A DNA stretch of 59,032 bases, taken from Armatimonadota bacterium. GTDB taxonomy: Bacteria > Armatimonadota > UBA10988. Below, one piece after another: positions 47,849-57,796 of this stretch; positions within the stretch are counted from its first letter, which is position 1; each line of letters starts with the position of its first letter. Below the pieces are notes generated by a model that saw only the letters and a program-made list of their open reading frames with translations, was not told the origin of the DNA and searched no databases. Where the stretch lies: positions 1-59,032 of the forward strand of contig JACRKZ010000136.1 in assembly GCA_016235455.1 (NCBI GenBank), written 5' to 3'. A program made the position numbers and the translations under genes.

Positions 47849-48424
47849 ATGTTGACGGAACCTGGCGCGGTTGCTCTGACACCGTGGGTAGCGGCGGGGC
47901 TGATCCTGACCGGTATCATGGTGACGGTCACCGATCTGCGAGAACGGCGGATCTACAACAAGGTGACCTTCCCCATGATTCTGGCGGGCTTGGTCGTGAA
48001 CGCCCTGCCCGTGGCGTGGGGAGTGGCTGCCGGCGACTACCGCATCGGACTCTACGGCTTCGCCGTGGGTCTGGGGGTGCTGCTGCCAGCGTTTGCCATC
48101 AACATGATCAAAGCGGGTGACGTCAAGTACCTGGCGGGTGTCGGAGCGTTGGGCGGGCCCTGGGTGGCATTGTTCACGTTCCTGTATGGCTCGCTGGCAC
48201 ATGGAGCCCTTAGTCTTGTCGTGCTCGCGCGGCGGGGTGAGGTCAAGGCGGCGTTCACCAACATCGGCTACTGGTTCTCGCGCACGGCGCTGACCATGAA
48301 GCCCGCGGATTTCGAAGCGCGCACCCAAGGGCAGTTGCCGTACGCGGCAAGCTTGGCGTTGGGCTTGGTTGTGTCGGTCGGCATCGGGCTGACACGTGGG
48401 AATGTCTTTCCGCCCTGGGCGTGA
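47849..48424 (+). CDS. cpaA: Prepilin peptidase (A24) CpaA/TadV
   Basis: TDLRERRIYN, AGDVK, LPYA. Confidence 0.9.
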   Translation: MLTEPGAVALTPWVAAGLILTGIMVTVTDLRERRIYNKVTFPMILAGLVVNALPVAWGVAAGDYRIGLYGFAVGLGVLLPAFAINMIKAGDVKYLAGVGALGGPWVALFTFLYGSLAHGALSLVVLARRGEVKAAFTNIGYWFSRTALTMKPADFEARTQGQLPYAASLALGLVVSVGIGLTRGNVFPPWA

Positions 48425-48439
48425 AAAGCGGGGTAGGCC

Positions 48440-49747
48440 ATGAACCGAAGGGTATTGGCGATCGGCGTAGTCGCGGTGGTCCTCATCGCGATCGCCCTGA
48501 TCAGTGCGATGGGCCGCGGCCGGCAGCAGCAGGCTCAGCAGAAGAAGGTCGACGAGGTGCCTGACCAGCGGGTTGTGGTGGCCGTCGTCGACATCCGGCC
48601 CGGCAAGAAGATTGAGCCGGAGATGCTCGACGCCAACAAGTTGGTCACCGCCACCGAGAAGGCCGAAAAGTATGCCGGCGCCGTGCTCGATCCCGCCAAG
48701 ATCGTGGGTGGTACCGCCAACGTGGCCATCGCCAAGGACGCGCCGATCCGGGTCGACCAGATCACCGCGCCGCCCGACAGCGTGTCGCAGAAGGTCAGTG
48801 CCGGCTATGTGGCCATCACCGTGGCCGCGCCCGAGAAGCCCAGCCTCTACGACCTCAAGTTCCTCAAGCCCGATGACCACGTCGACGTCATGGGTGTGAC
48901 CTACGACGACAAGGGCAACTGGACCACCTCCACGCCGCTGGCCGCCAGCGTGCGCGTGCTGGCCGTGGACGTGGTGTGGGACAAGTTCAAGGAAGAGATG
49001 CGGCGCAAGCGCGTCGAGGCCGAGATCGCGCAACTGCAGAAGGAGCGCCAGGAGAAGGCCAACGCGCCCGGCGATGCCACCAAGAACCTGGATGAGGCCA
49101 TCAAGGCCAAGCGCGAGGAACTCGACCCCAAGTTCGAGAATCCCAGTGTGACCGTGGAAGTCACGCCGAGCATCGCGCAACTGCTGGCGCTGTGGCGCAC
49201 CAGTCCGCGCACCACGCTCAAGATCGCGCTGCACCGCCAGGAGGACGCGGCCGGTGTGATCATGGGCGCCGAGGCGCTGGCCGCGCCGGCTTCGGCCGCG
49301 CCGGCGGGTGCCGCGCCGACCGGGCCGCGCCCGATGAGCGCGCTCAACCTGGCGGCGGCCGGCGGCACCATGCCGACGGTGCTGTCCATGGACGATGTGG
49401 TGCCGCTCATCCAGCGTGACCCCAAGCAGTACGCCGACATGCTCGAAATCCAGAAGACCATCGCCGAGTCGCGCATGCAGGGCGAACTGCGCAAGTCGCA
49501 GATCGCGCTCGAGCGAACGCGCAACGCCGTGGAGATGCGCAACTGGACGCGCTATGGCACCAGCACGCCGCCGGTCACGGTGGCGGGCTCGCCCATGGGC
49601 AACGTGCCGCCGCTGATGGTGCCGCGCACGACGGGCGCCACGGAGCCGGTCAAGCCGGTGGAGAAGCCCAAGCCGCAGGCGCCTAACCGCTACTCGGCGC
49701 CGATCGAGGTCTACCGTGGTAGCCAGGTCAGCGTAGTGGGTTCGTGA
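48440..49747 (+). CDS. cpaB: Flp pilus assembly protein CpaB/RcpC
   Basis: TM segment, SAF domain (VVVAVVDIRPG), LKPDDHVDV, VRVLAVD, VTVEVTP. Confidence 0.85.
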   Translation: MNRRVLAIGVVAVVLIAIALISAMGRGRQQQAQQKKVDEVPDQRVVVAVVDIRPGKKIEPEMLDANKLVTATEKAEKYAGAVLDPAKIVGGTANVAIAKDAPIRVDQITAPPDSVSQKVSAGYVAITVAAPEKPSLYDLKFLKPDDHVDVMGVTYDDKGNWTTSTPLAASVRVLAVDVVWDKFKEEMRRKRVEAEIAQLQKERQEKANAPGDATKNLDEAIKAKREELDPKFENPSVTVEVTPSIAQLLALWRTSPRTTLKIALHRQEDAAGVIMGAEALAAPASAAPAGAAPTGPRPMSALNLAAAGGTMPTVLSMDDVVPLIQRDPKQYADMLEIQKTIAESRMQGELRKSQIALERTRNAVEMRNWTRYGTSTPPVTVAGSPMGNVPPLMVPRTTGATEPVKPVEKPKPQAPNRYSAPIEVYRGSQVSVVGS

Positions 49748-49820
49748 TCAAGGCCGTTCGCGCGCTGCCTACAGGGCGGTCGGCGTGCGCGGGGAGCCAG
49801 CCCGGAAAGGAGAGCCGGCC

Positions 49821-52073
49821 GTGAGGATCCGGTCGGTGCGAACAACGTGGGGTAAGGTGCTGTGCAGCAGTGCGGGGTCGGTCATGTTGGCCGCCTTGCT
49901 GACGCTGTGGAGCGGGCCTGCTTCCGCGCAGAACGCTGCCGGCGACGACATTGTCGTCACCGTCGGCGGCGAGACCTCCGTGAAGGCCGGCGGCTATGTC
50001 CGCCAGAGCGCTATTCCGGCCAACGTGGTCGAGGTGGTCTGCGGCCCCGAAGCGGTCACGCTCCGTGGCCTCCAGGCCGGGCGGGCGTCGGTTGTCCTGT
50101 GGGATAACAACGACAAGGCACGCCGCCTGCGGGTGAACGTGATGGCCGCCGGCCAGACCGCCGCGCCCGCTGGCAACGCGCCGGCGCCGGCCGGGACCAC
50201 GCCGACGGTCGTGCCGGCCGTGGCCGGTGGGCCGGGCCTGCCGCCCGTGGTGGCGCCCAGCGGGCCCCTGGCCCCGCTGCGCATGCCCTCGGTGCAGGTC
50301 GATGGTGGCCTCCAGGGCCAGCCCATCGAGTTGATGGTCAATGAAGCGGTGCCGCTCAGCGTGCCCACGCAGTTGCGCCGCATCCATACCGCCAACGAAG
50401 CCATTGCCGACGTGGTGGTCATGCCCCCGCGTGAGGCCGTGCTGATCGGCAAGGCCCCCGGCGAGACCACGGTCATCGTGTGGTACGTGGGTGGCGACGC
50501 CTACCTGGGCGAGATGCAGCGCATCACCTTCCCCGTGCGCGTCGTGGCCCCTCCGGTCAACACCAACGACGGTGGTCTGGCGGCGCTGCGCGACCAGGCC
50601 TTGTCGGTCATGGCCAAGAAGGGCATCACCGGCGTGGAACTGGTGACCGCCGGTGGCTCGCAGAACATCAGCCTGCTGCTGGTGGGCACCGTGGAGTCCA
50701 AAGAGCAGGTCAAGCTGGCCGAGACCATCGTGGCCGCCTTGTTCCCCACGGGCACGCGCATCGCCAACCTGCTGACGGTCCCGGTGCGCAGCCTGAGCGA
50801 GGCCGATCTGCTGGCTCGGGCCAAGGCGCTGGAGAAGCTGCTGGCCCAGGAGCTGCCCAACTCCGAGGTGCATGTGCAGTTGCGGCCCGACGCGGGCAGC
50901 GACCGGCTGCGCGTGTGGCTCAGCGGCACGGCCTACCAGCCGGCCGACCGCATCAAGGCCGAGGAGCTGACACGGTTCGACCTCGGGCCGACGGCCGAGA
51001 TCAACAACAATCTGGAGACGCCGCTGCCGCCGACTCCGCCGGAGTTGGCCAATCTGGCGCTGACCACGCCGGCGTCCGGCGCCGCCACTGGCCCGACCAA
51101 GCCCATCGAAGAGGCGGTCATGGCCTCGCTGGAAATGACCTCGGCGCTGCGTGACGGCGTCCAGGTGCGGTTCCATCGCGACCAGAAGCGCATCGAGCTG
51201 GTCGGCAGCGTCCGCAACGACGACGACCGATCGGAGATCGTCGACGCGGTGACTGAAGTGGCCCAGGAGTACGGTGACTACGAAGTGCGCGACCGCGGCC
51301 TGGTGGTCAAGCCGGCCAAGGTGGTGACGACGGTGCAGATCGTCGAACTCACCGACTCGGACAACTCGAGCCTGGGCTTCACTTACGGCCTGCCCGTGGG
51401 CGGCCAGGCGAGCCAGAGCAACAGCGGTACGGGTGGCAGTTCCAGCACGGTCAACACGCCGACCACGACGCTGTTGGCCACTAACGGCGAACTGGCGGTC
51501 TACGGACAGCGGCAGGCCGGCGACCCGTTCAAGATGCTGGAAGGCTTCGCCTCGAGCATCCGCGCGCTGGTCACCCAGAACCGCGCCCGCGTGCTGTCCG
51601 AGCCGGTGATTGCCAGCGATAACGAGGTCGAGGGCCGGTTCGAGGTGGTGGACGAGATCCCGCTGCCCAGTTCCACCTCGGGCAACAACGGTCAGGTCGG
51701 CACCAGTGTCGAGTACAAGCCGGTCGGTATCCGTCTGATCCTCACGCCCAGCATCCACTGGGGTGAGCCAGACAGCCAGATTGAGCTGAACATCGAGACC
51801 GAGGTGTCGGCGGTGGACTACGGCAAGGCGGCCACCATCAACGGCACGACCGTGCCGGCCATCACGCAGCGGCGCGCCAAGACGGTGGTCACCATCAACG
51901 ACCACGAGACGCTGGTGCTCGGTGGCCTGACCACCGAGTCCGAACAGCGCAACGTCAGCCGCTTGCCGTTCCTGAGCGACATTCCGCTCTTGGGGCAGTT
52001 GTTCCGCTACAAGGACAACAAGCGCGGCAAGACCACCATCGTGGTGGTCTTGACCCCACGTATCGTCAACTAG
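49821..52073 (+). CDS. cpaC: Tad pilus secretin CpaC/RcpA with BON-like domains
   Basis: IGKAPGETTVIVW, ARVLSEP, VEYKPVGIRL.LTP, LGGL, LPFLSDIPLLGQLF. Confidence 0.9.
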   Translation: MRIRSVRTTWGKVLCSSAGSVMLAALLTLWSGPASAQNAAGDDIVVTVGGETSVKAGGYVRQSAIPANVVEVVCGPEAVTLRGLQAGRASVVLWDNNDKARRLRVNVMAAGQTAAPAGNAPAPAGTTPTVVPAVAGGPGLPPVVAPSGPLAPLRMPSVQVDGGLQGQPIELMVNEAVPLSVPTQLRRIHTANEAIADVVVMPPREAVLIGKAPGETTVIVWYVGGDAYLGEMQRITFPVRVVAPPVNTNDGGLAALRDQALSVMAKKGITGVELVTAGGSQNISLLLVGTVESKEQVKLAETIVAALFPTGTRIANLLTVPVRSLSEADLLARAKALEKLLAQELPNSEVHVQLRPDAGSDRLRVWLSGTAYQPADRIKAEELTRFDLGPTAEINNNLETPLPPTPPELANLALTTPASGAATGPTKPIEEAVMASLEMTSALRDGVQVRFHRDQKRIELVGSVRNDDDRSEIVDAVTEVAQEYGDYEVRDRGLVVKPAKVVTTVQIVELTDSDNSSLGFTYGLPVGGQASQSNSGTGGSSSTVNTPTTTLLATNGELAVYGQRQAGDPFKMLEGFASSIRALVTQNRARVLSEPVIASDNEVEGRFEVVDEIPLPSSTSGNNGQVGTSVEYKPVGIRLILTPSIHWGEPDSQIELNIETEVSAVDYGKAATINGTTVPAITQRRAKTVVTINDHETLVLGGLTTESEQRNVSRLPFLSDIPLLGQLFRYKDNKRGKTTIVVVLTPRIVN

Positions 52074-52104
52074 GCAGGATCAAGCAGACGACGAGGAGCC
52101 GGGT

Positions 52105-53340
52105 GTGGCACGGGTATTGATCGCGGACGCTTCCATCGACACCAGGCGCATGATGCGCGAGGCCCTCGAGGCCGAGCAGCGCCTGGAAGTCGTTGACGAC
52201 GTCGACGACCCGGGTGAGGTGCAGCAATGCATCGGCCCGCTGAACGTCGATCTGCTGCTGTTGGACCGGGACTTGCCGGGCGGCAGCGCCTATGATCTGG
52301 CTGCCAAGCTGCGTGCTCAGCACCGGCACCTGGGCCTGATCATGACGGGCAATACGCCCAGCATCAACGACCTGCGACAGGCCATGCAGGCCGGGTCGGA
52401 CGACTTCGTGCCGAAGCCGTTCGACGCGGTCACGCTGTCGCAGAGCGTGAGTTCGGTGCTGCGCAAGGTCGAGCAGCGCCGCCAACAGATGGCGGCCGCT
52501 GAAATGGGCCTGGGTTCGGTGCCGTCCAAGGTGGTCGCTGTCTACAGCCCGCAGGGCGGCGTGGGCAAGAGCATGCTGGCGGCCAACTTGGCCGTGGTGC
52601 TGGCCCGCGAGTCGGGTCGGCCGACGGTGCTGGTGGACCTCAACCTGCAGTTCGGCGACATCGACCTGATGCTCAACGTGACCCCCGAGCGCACCATCGC
52701 GGCGGTGATCCAACGCCTCAACCAGCTGGATCCCGACCTGATGGAGAGCTTCCTCACCGAGCACGAGGAGAGCGGGCTGAAGGTGCTGGCGGCGCCGGCC
52801 CGGCCCGAGTATGCGGACACGATCACCGTATTCGTGGTCGAGAAGGTGCTGCAGGTGCTGCGCGAGCGCTACACCTACATCATCATCGACACGCCGAGCT
52901 TCCTGCAGGACACCACGCTCACGGCGCTGGACAACAGCGACCAGGTGATCTTGCTGACGGCGTTGGACCTGTTGGCGCTCCATAATACCAAGACGGCACT
53001 GGCCATGATGGAGAAGCTGCGCTATGGTCCAGACAAGGTGAAGCTCGTGCTGAACCGGTCGAACGCCGACGTCGGCATCAGCGTCGACGATGTGGAGCAG
53101 ACGCTGGAGTACGACATCAGCGCGTTCATCCCGTCGGACGGGCGCGTGGCCGTGACCAGTGTCAACGAGGGCGACCCCTTCGTCATCAGCCAGCCGCGGA
53201 CGCAGATTGCGCAGTCGATCCGCAAAATCGCCTGGCAGGTGGTGATGGACCGGGAGCAGGAGTTCCTCGACGAGAACCCCGAAGCGGCCGCGCCGCCGGT
53301 CAAGCGACGCCGAGGCGGCGGCCTGTTGGGCCGGCGCTGA
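52105..53340 (+). CDS. cpaE: CpaE/TadZ (receiver domain plus MinD/ParA-like ATPase)
   Basis: N-terminal REC domain (LLLD...KPF); GGVGKS, DLNLQFGD, LVLNR. Confidence 0.9.
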   Translation: MARVLIADASIDTRRMMREALEAEQRLEVVDDVDDPGEVQQCIGPLNVDLLLLDRDLPGGSAYDLAAKLRAQHRHLGLIMTGNTPSINDLRQAMQAGSDDFVPKPFDAVTLSQSVSSVLRKVEQRRQQMAAAEMGLGSVPSKVVAVYSPQGGVGKSMLAANLAVVLARESGRPTVLVDLNLQFGDIDLMLNVTPERTIAAVIQRLNQLDPDLMESFLTEHEESGLKVLAAPARPEYADTITVFVVEKVLQVLRERYTYIIIDTPSFLQDTTLTALDNSDQVILLTALDLLALHNTKTALAMMEKLRYGPDKVKLVLNRSNADVGISVDDVEQTLEYDISAFIPSDGRVAVTSVNEGDPFVISQPRTQIAQSIRKIAWQVVMDREQEFLDENPEAAAPPVKRRRGGGLLGRR

Positions 53341-53404
53341 GCAGCGTTGAGGCCGCCGGCGAGCGCGCCCGGGCGTTGGCGTTCCGAGAGGCGGAGGAGC
53401 AAAG

Positions 53405-55366
53405 ATGTCGTCACTGCTGGACCGACTGAACCGACTGAGCAGCCAGACCGAGGTCGGCCCGGCCGAGGACTCGCCGGATGCGCCGTTGCTGGCGGCCGGC
53501 GATCTGCCCGCGGTCGACACGGTCAGTGACACCTACTATGCGCTGAAGCACGCGCTGATGGACGACGTCATCGACGCGGTGGATGACCGCGCCGTGGCCA
53601 ACGGCGATCAGGACCGCCTGCGCCTGCAGATTGAAGACATGCTGGCGCGCAAGAACATGCCCGACGGCAGCAGCATCGAGCGGGGCATCAAGGGGCGGTT
53701 GACCGGTGACCTGATCAACGAGTTGCTCGGCTACGGGCCCATCGATCCGTTCCTCAGCGATCCCACGGTGTCGCGGATCACGGTCAATGGCCCCGAGGAT
53801 GTCTACGTGGAGCGGCTGAACCGCCTGGACAAGGTGGACGTGCGCTTCCGCGACGACGAGCACATTCTGGAACTGGGCAAGCGCATCGCCGCGCAACTCA
53901 ACGCCAAGCTGGACGCCGGCACACCGATGCTGGACCGCAAGCTGGGCAGTGAGGGCAAGGTGCGGGTGGTCATCCCACCGCTGGCGCGCAAGGGCCCGAC
54001 GATCACCATCAACAAGGGCCTGAAGAACCCCTTCTTGCAGAACGCGGAGGAGAAGCGCGTTCGCGAGATGGAGCGCGAGGACCCGTTTGTCCGGCTCAAG
54101 TTGCAGATCATGGAGCGCGTGGTGCGCGACATCGACCCCGATGTCGCCGCCAGCAACGATCTGGACCGTCTGCGCACGCAGGTGGAGAACCAGGTCGACG
54201 CCATGGTCGGCGAGTACGGCGCGGTGGTGTCGCGCTCCGAGCGCACGCAGGTCGTCCAGGAAGTGCTCAACGAGATGAAGGGCCTCGGCCCGCTAGAGCC
54301 GTTGCTGGCCGACCCGAACGTCTCGGAAATCATGGTCAACGCGTTCAACATGGTGTTCGTGGAAAAGAAGGGCAAGCTGGAGCTCAGCGAGGTCAAGTTC
54401 CGCGACGACCAGCATGTGCTGCAGACGATCGAGAAGATCGTCGCGCCGCTGGGCCGCCGCATCGACGAGGCCAGCCCGATGGTGGACGCGCGCTTGAAGG
54501 ACGGTCCGGCCGCCGGCTCCCGCGTCAACGCCATCATCCCGCCGCTGGCGCTCAAGGGGCCCTGCCTGACCATCCGCAAGTTCTCGGCCGACCCGTTCAC
54601 CATCAACGACCTGATCGGCTTTGGCACCGTCACCCCCGAGAGCGCGCAGTTCCTCGACGCCTGCGTTAAGGCGCGGCTCAACATCGTGGTGTCCGGTGGT
54701 ACCGGTTCTGGTAAGACGACGCTGCTGAACGTGTTGTCCGGGTTCATCCCGACCGACGAGCGCATCGTGACCGTCGAGGACGCGGCGGAACTCCAGTTGC
54801 GCCAGCCTCATGTGGTCACGCTGGAGACGCGCCCGGCCAACGTGGAAGGCAAGGGTCAGGTCTCGATCCGCGACCTGGTCAAGAACACCCTGCGTATGCG
54901 GCCCGACCGCATCGTGGTGGGTGAGTGCCGCGGCGGCGAAGCGCTGGACATGTTGCAGGCCATGAACACGGGCCATGACGGCTCGCTGACCACGGCCCAC
55001 GCCAACAACCCGCGCGAGATGCTGGCCCGCCTCGAGACGATGGTGCTGATGGCCGGCATGGATCTGCCGCTGCGCGCCATCCGCGAGCAGATTGCCAGCG
55101 CGGTGGACCTGGTGGTCCAGCAGGGGCGCATGCGCGATGGTACGCGCAAGGTCCTGTACATCACGGAAGTGGTGGGCATGGAAGGCGACATCATCACCCT
55201 CCAGGACCTGTTCACCTTCGAGCAGGAGGGTGTGAACGACGAGGGCAAGATCCAGGGCAAGCTGAAGCCGACCGGCATTCGGCCGCGCTGCTACGACAAG
55301 ATCGTGCACAGCGGCATCCGGTTGCCGATGGACATCTTCCGCAGCGACGACCGACGCTTCGGCTGA
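53405..55366 (+). CDS. cpaF: Tad pilus ATPase CpaF/TadA with duplicated N-terminal region
   Basis: [42 protein letters not shown]. Confidence 0.95.
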   Translation: MSSLLDRLNRLSSQTEVGPAEDSPDAPLLAAGDLPAVDTVSDTYYALKHALMDDVIDAVDDRAVANGDQDRLRLQIEDMLARKNMPDGSSIERGIKGRLTGDLINELLGYGPIDPFLSDPTVSRITVNGPEDVYVERLNRLDKVDVRFRDDEHILELGKRIAAQLNAKLDAGTPMLDRKLGSEGKVRVVIPPLARKGPTITINKGLKNPFLQNAEEKRVREMEREDPFVRLKLQIMERVVRDIDPDVAASNDLDRLRTQVENQVDAMVGEYGAVVSRSERTQVVQEVLNEMKGLGPLEPLLADPNVSEIMVNAFNMVFVEKKGKLELSEVKFRDDQHVLQTIEKIVAPLGRRIDEASPMVDARLKDGPAAGSRVNAIIPPLALKGPCLTIRKFSADPFTINDLIGFGTVTPESAQFLDACVKARLNIVVSGGTGSGKTTLLNVLSGFIPTDERIVTVEDAAELQLRQPHVVTLETRPANVEGKGQVSIRDLVKNTLRMRPDRIVVGECRGGEALDMLQAMNTGHDGSLTTAHANNPREMLARLETMVLMAGMDLPLRAIREQIASAVDLVVQQGRMRDGTRKVLYITEVVGMEGDIITLQDLFTFEQEGVNDEGKIQGKLKPTGIRPRCYDKIVHSGIRLPMDIFRSDDRRFG

Positions 55367-55399
55367 GGTCGCGCACGGCATACTCAAAGGGCGTGGCAC

Positions 55400-56503
55400 G
55401 TGTGGGGACAGGGCGCTGAGTTGGTTGGCCTGATAACGCCGCTCCTGCAGTTTGGAGCGCGCGAGATCATCCTGCTGAGCCTGGGCGGGCTCATGCTGGC
55501 CTTCATGTTCTGGTCGCTGAGCAGCAGCCTGAACGCGCCGGTGGCGCGTCGGCAGGCCATGTCTCGGCTGCGCCACTACATTGATCGCGAGGAGAACCTG
55601 TCGCCGCTGGAGCGCATGCTCGACCGCGCCGAAGCCGAGATGCGCGGGAGCAAGAGTGCCAAGGCGCGGCGCAAGGCCGACCTGCTGCCGACCGTCACCC
55701 GTTGGATCAATAACTCCAGCAACGCCTTCCTCAACGGCATGGCATCGGACTTGACGCGCATCGGCTCCAACTGGCGGCCGTCGGAGATCCTCTACGCGGC
55801 GATGGCGCTGGCGGCCTTTGCCTTCCTGGTCTTCGGCGTGGGCCTGCGGATGATGGCGCTGGGCCTGGGCACCGCCGCAGCGGGCTTCGCCGCACCGTTC
55901 ATGGTGGTCAAGTTCTTCGCCAAGCGCTGGACGGCGCGTTTCGAGAACCAGTTGGCGGACACGCTGCTGCTCATGTCCAACGCGACGGCGGCCGGCTACG
56001 GCTTCCAGCAGGCGATGGAGATGGTCGCACGCGAGGGCATGCCGCCGATGAGCGAGGAGTTCTCCAAGATGAACCAGGAGGTTCGTCTTGGCGTGCCCAT
56101 CGCCGACGCGCTGATGCACATGTCCGAGCGGGTCAAGAACCGCGACATGACGCTGACGGCCACGGCGTTGATCATCGCCATGGAGGTCGGCGGTGCCATT
56201 TCCGAGATCCTGCGCACGATCTCGGAGACGATCCGAGAGCGCGTCCGCATCCGCGGCGAGATTTCGGTCCTGTCCACCCAGGGCAAGATGACTGGCGGCA
56301 TCCTGAGTGCCTTGCCGATCTTCTTGTTCTTCATCCTGAACGTGGTGACCCGTGGCACGGCCGGTCCCGGCGAGCCGCCGTACATGGACCCGCTGTTCAA
56401 CGGCAAGGAGTACCCCTGGGGTCCACGCATGGTGGTGTTCGGCATCTTCTCCCAGGTGACGGGCTACATGATCATCCAGAAGATCGTCAGCATCGATATC
56501 TGA
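55400..56503 (+). CDS. tadB: Tad platform protein TadB
   Basis: FENQLADTL, PPMSEEF, EVGG.ISEIL, RER. Confidence 0.9.
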   Translation: MWGQGAELVGLITPLLQFGAREIILLSLGGLMLAFMFWSLSSSLNAPVARRQAMSRLRHYIDREENLSPLERMLDRAEAEMRGSKSAKARRKADLLPTVTRWINNSSNAFLNGMASDLTRIGSNWRPSEILYAAMALAAFAFLVFGVGLRMMALGLGTAAAGFAAPFMVVKFFAKRWTARFENQLADTLLLMSNATAAGYGFQQAMEMVAREGMPPMSEEFSKMNQEVRLGVPIADALMHMSERVKNRDMTLTATALIIAMEVGGAISEILRTISETIRERVRIRGEISVLSTQGKMTGGILSALPIFLFFILNVVTRGTAGPGEPPYMDPLFNGKEYPWGPRMVVFGIFSQVTGYMIIQKIVSIDI

Positions 56504-56513
56504 GGAGCGGCGA

Positions 56514-57431
56514 ATGGCACGAAAGACCAATCCGGTACAACGCCTGCAGCGCCGCTATGCCGGTGGGCCGAGCGGGCCCAACGCCTGGGACGTCCGCAAC
56601 CGCGAGTTGGAAGATTCCTGGGGCGCGCGCGTGGTCCGGCCGGTGCTGGACAATCTGGGCAAGATCGCCGGGCGCATCGGCTCCAAGAAGGACCAGAACC
56701 AGCTCGGCGACCTGCTGGCCAAGGCGGGCTACCCTGGTGGGCTCGGCGTGGGACAGCTCCAGGCGGTGCGCATCGTCCTGGCCGTCGGTCTGCCCATCGC
56801 CGCCTTCCTGATCGGTCTGGCCATCCGGTTCATCTTCGGCATCGGTCAGATCCTGACCCTGCAACTGCTGGCGCTCTTCGCGCTGGGCTTCGCGGCCATC
56901 GGCTACATGTCGCTGCCGTTCATCCTGCGCCGTCAGGTGAAGAAGCGGCAGCGCGAGATCTCCAAGCAGTTGCCCGACGTGCTCGACCTGATCACCATCG
57001 CGGTGGAGGCGGGCATGGGCTTCGACTCGGCCATGGACCGCGTCGGGCAGCGCTACATTGGCGCCATGGGCGAGGAACTGGTGCGGACCAACAACGAGAT
57101 CCGCATGGGCCGGCCCTGGAACGACGCCATGCGCGACCTGGGCGAGCGCACGGGCGTGGACGACCTGCGCAGCTTGGTGACAGCGCTGCTGCAGTCGCGC
57201 GAGTTGGGCGTCAACCTGGCCAACGTGCTGCAGGCACAGTCGCTGCGTCTACGTGAAGAGCGGGCCCGCCGGGCCCGCGAGGCCGCGCAGAAGACGCCGA
57301 CCAAGATCATCTTCCCGCTGGTCGGCTGCATCTTCCCGACGCTGTTCATCGTGCTCATGGGGCCGGCGGTGCTCAAGGCGCTCAAGCAGGTCAAGGAAGC
57401 CGGCGTCTTCGGCATGGGCCAGAACAAGTAG
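56514..57431 (+). CDS. tadC: Tad platform protein TadC
   Basis: LPDVLDL.TI.VEAGMGFD, KIIFPLV.CIFP. Confidence 0.93.
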   Translation: MARKTNPVQRLQRRYAGGPSGPNAWDVRNRELEDSWGARVVRPVLDNLGKIAGRIGSKKDQNQLGDLLAKAGYPGGLGVGQLQAVRIVLAVGLPIAAFLIGLAIRFIFGIGQILTLQLLALFALGFAAIGYMSLPFILRRQVKKRQREISKQLPDVLDLITIAVEAGMGFDSAMDRVGQRYIGAMGEELVRTNNEIRMGRPWNDAMRDLGERTGVDDLRSLVTALLQSRELGVNLANVLQAQSLRLREERARRAREAAQKTPTKIIFPLVGCIFPTLFIVLMGPAVLKALKQVKEAGVFGMGQNK

Positions 57432-57435
57432 CCCG

Positions 57436-57789
57436 ATGGTTCTTGTCACCAACGTCTCCCGCGGCACCGTCGTGGCACATCAATGCGTGCTGGGCGTCAG
57501 CTTCGGCTGGCGGCTGCGCGGCCTTATGTTCCGGCGCGGGTTCGGGCCGTTTGACGGCCTATGGTTGGCGCCGACGGCCGAAATCCACATGTTCTGGGTG
57601 CGGTTCCCCATCGACCTGGTGTGGCTGGACGCGGAGTTGCGGGTGGTCGACGTGACGCCGGCGATTGCCCCGTGGCGCGTGAAGACGTGTCGGGGCGCTG
57701 CTTCGGTGCTCGAACTGCCCGTTGGCACGCTGGCGAACTCGCGCACCCAGGCGGGCGACCAACTCGTGTTCGGCGCGCTGCCCGCGTGA
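57436..57789 (+). CDS. DUF192 family protein
   Basis: RLRGLMFR, IHMFWVRFPIDLVWLD, SVLELP.G. Confidence 0.85.
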   Translation: MVLVTNVSRGTVVAHQCVLGVSFGWRLRGLMFRRGFGPFDGLWLAPTAEIHMFWVRFPIDLVWLDAELRVVDVTPAIAPWRVKTCRGAASVLELPVGTLANSRTQAGDQLVFGALPA

Positions 57790-57796
57790 GCCTGGC

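Noticed and set aside
52540-52575. Deviant Walker A (PQGGVGKS) in CpaE
   Set aside because: Loss of the signature lysine is already known in TadZ/CpaE proteins.
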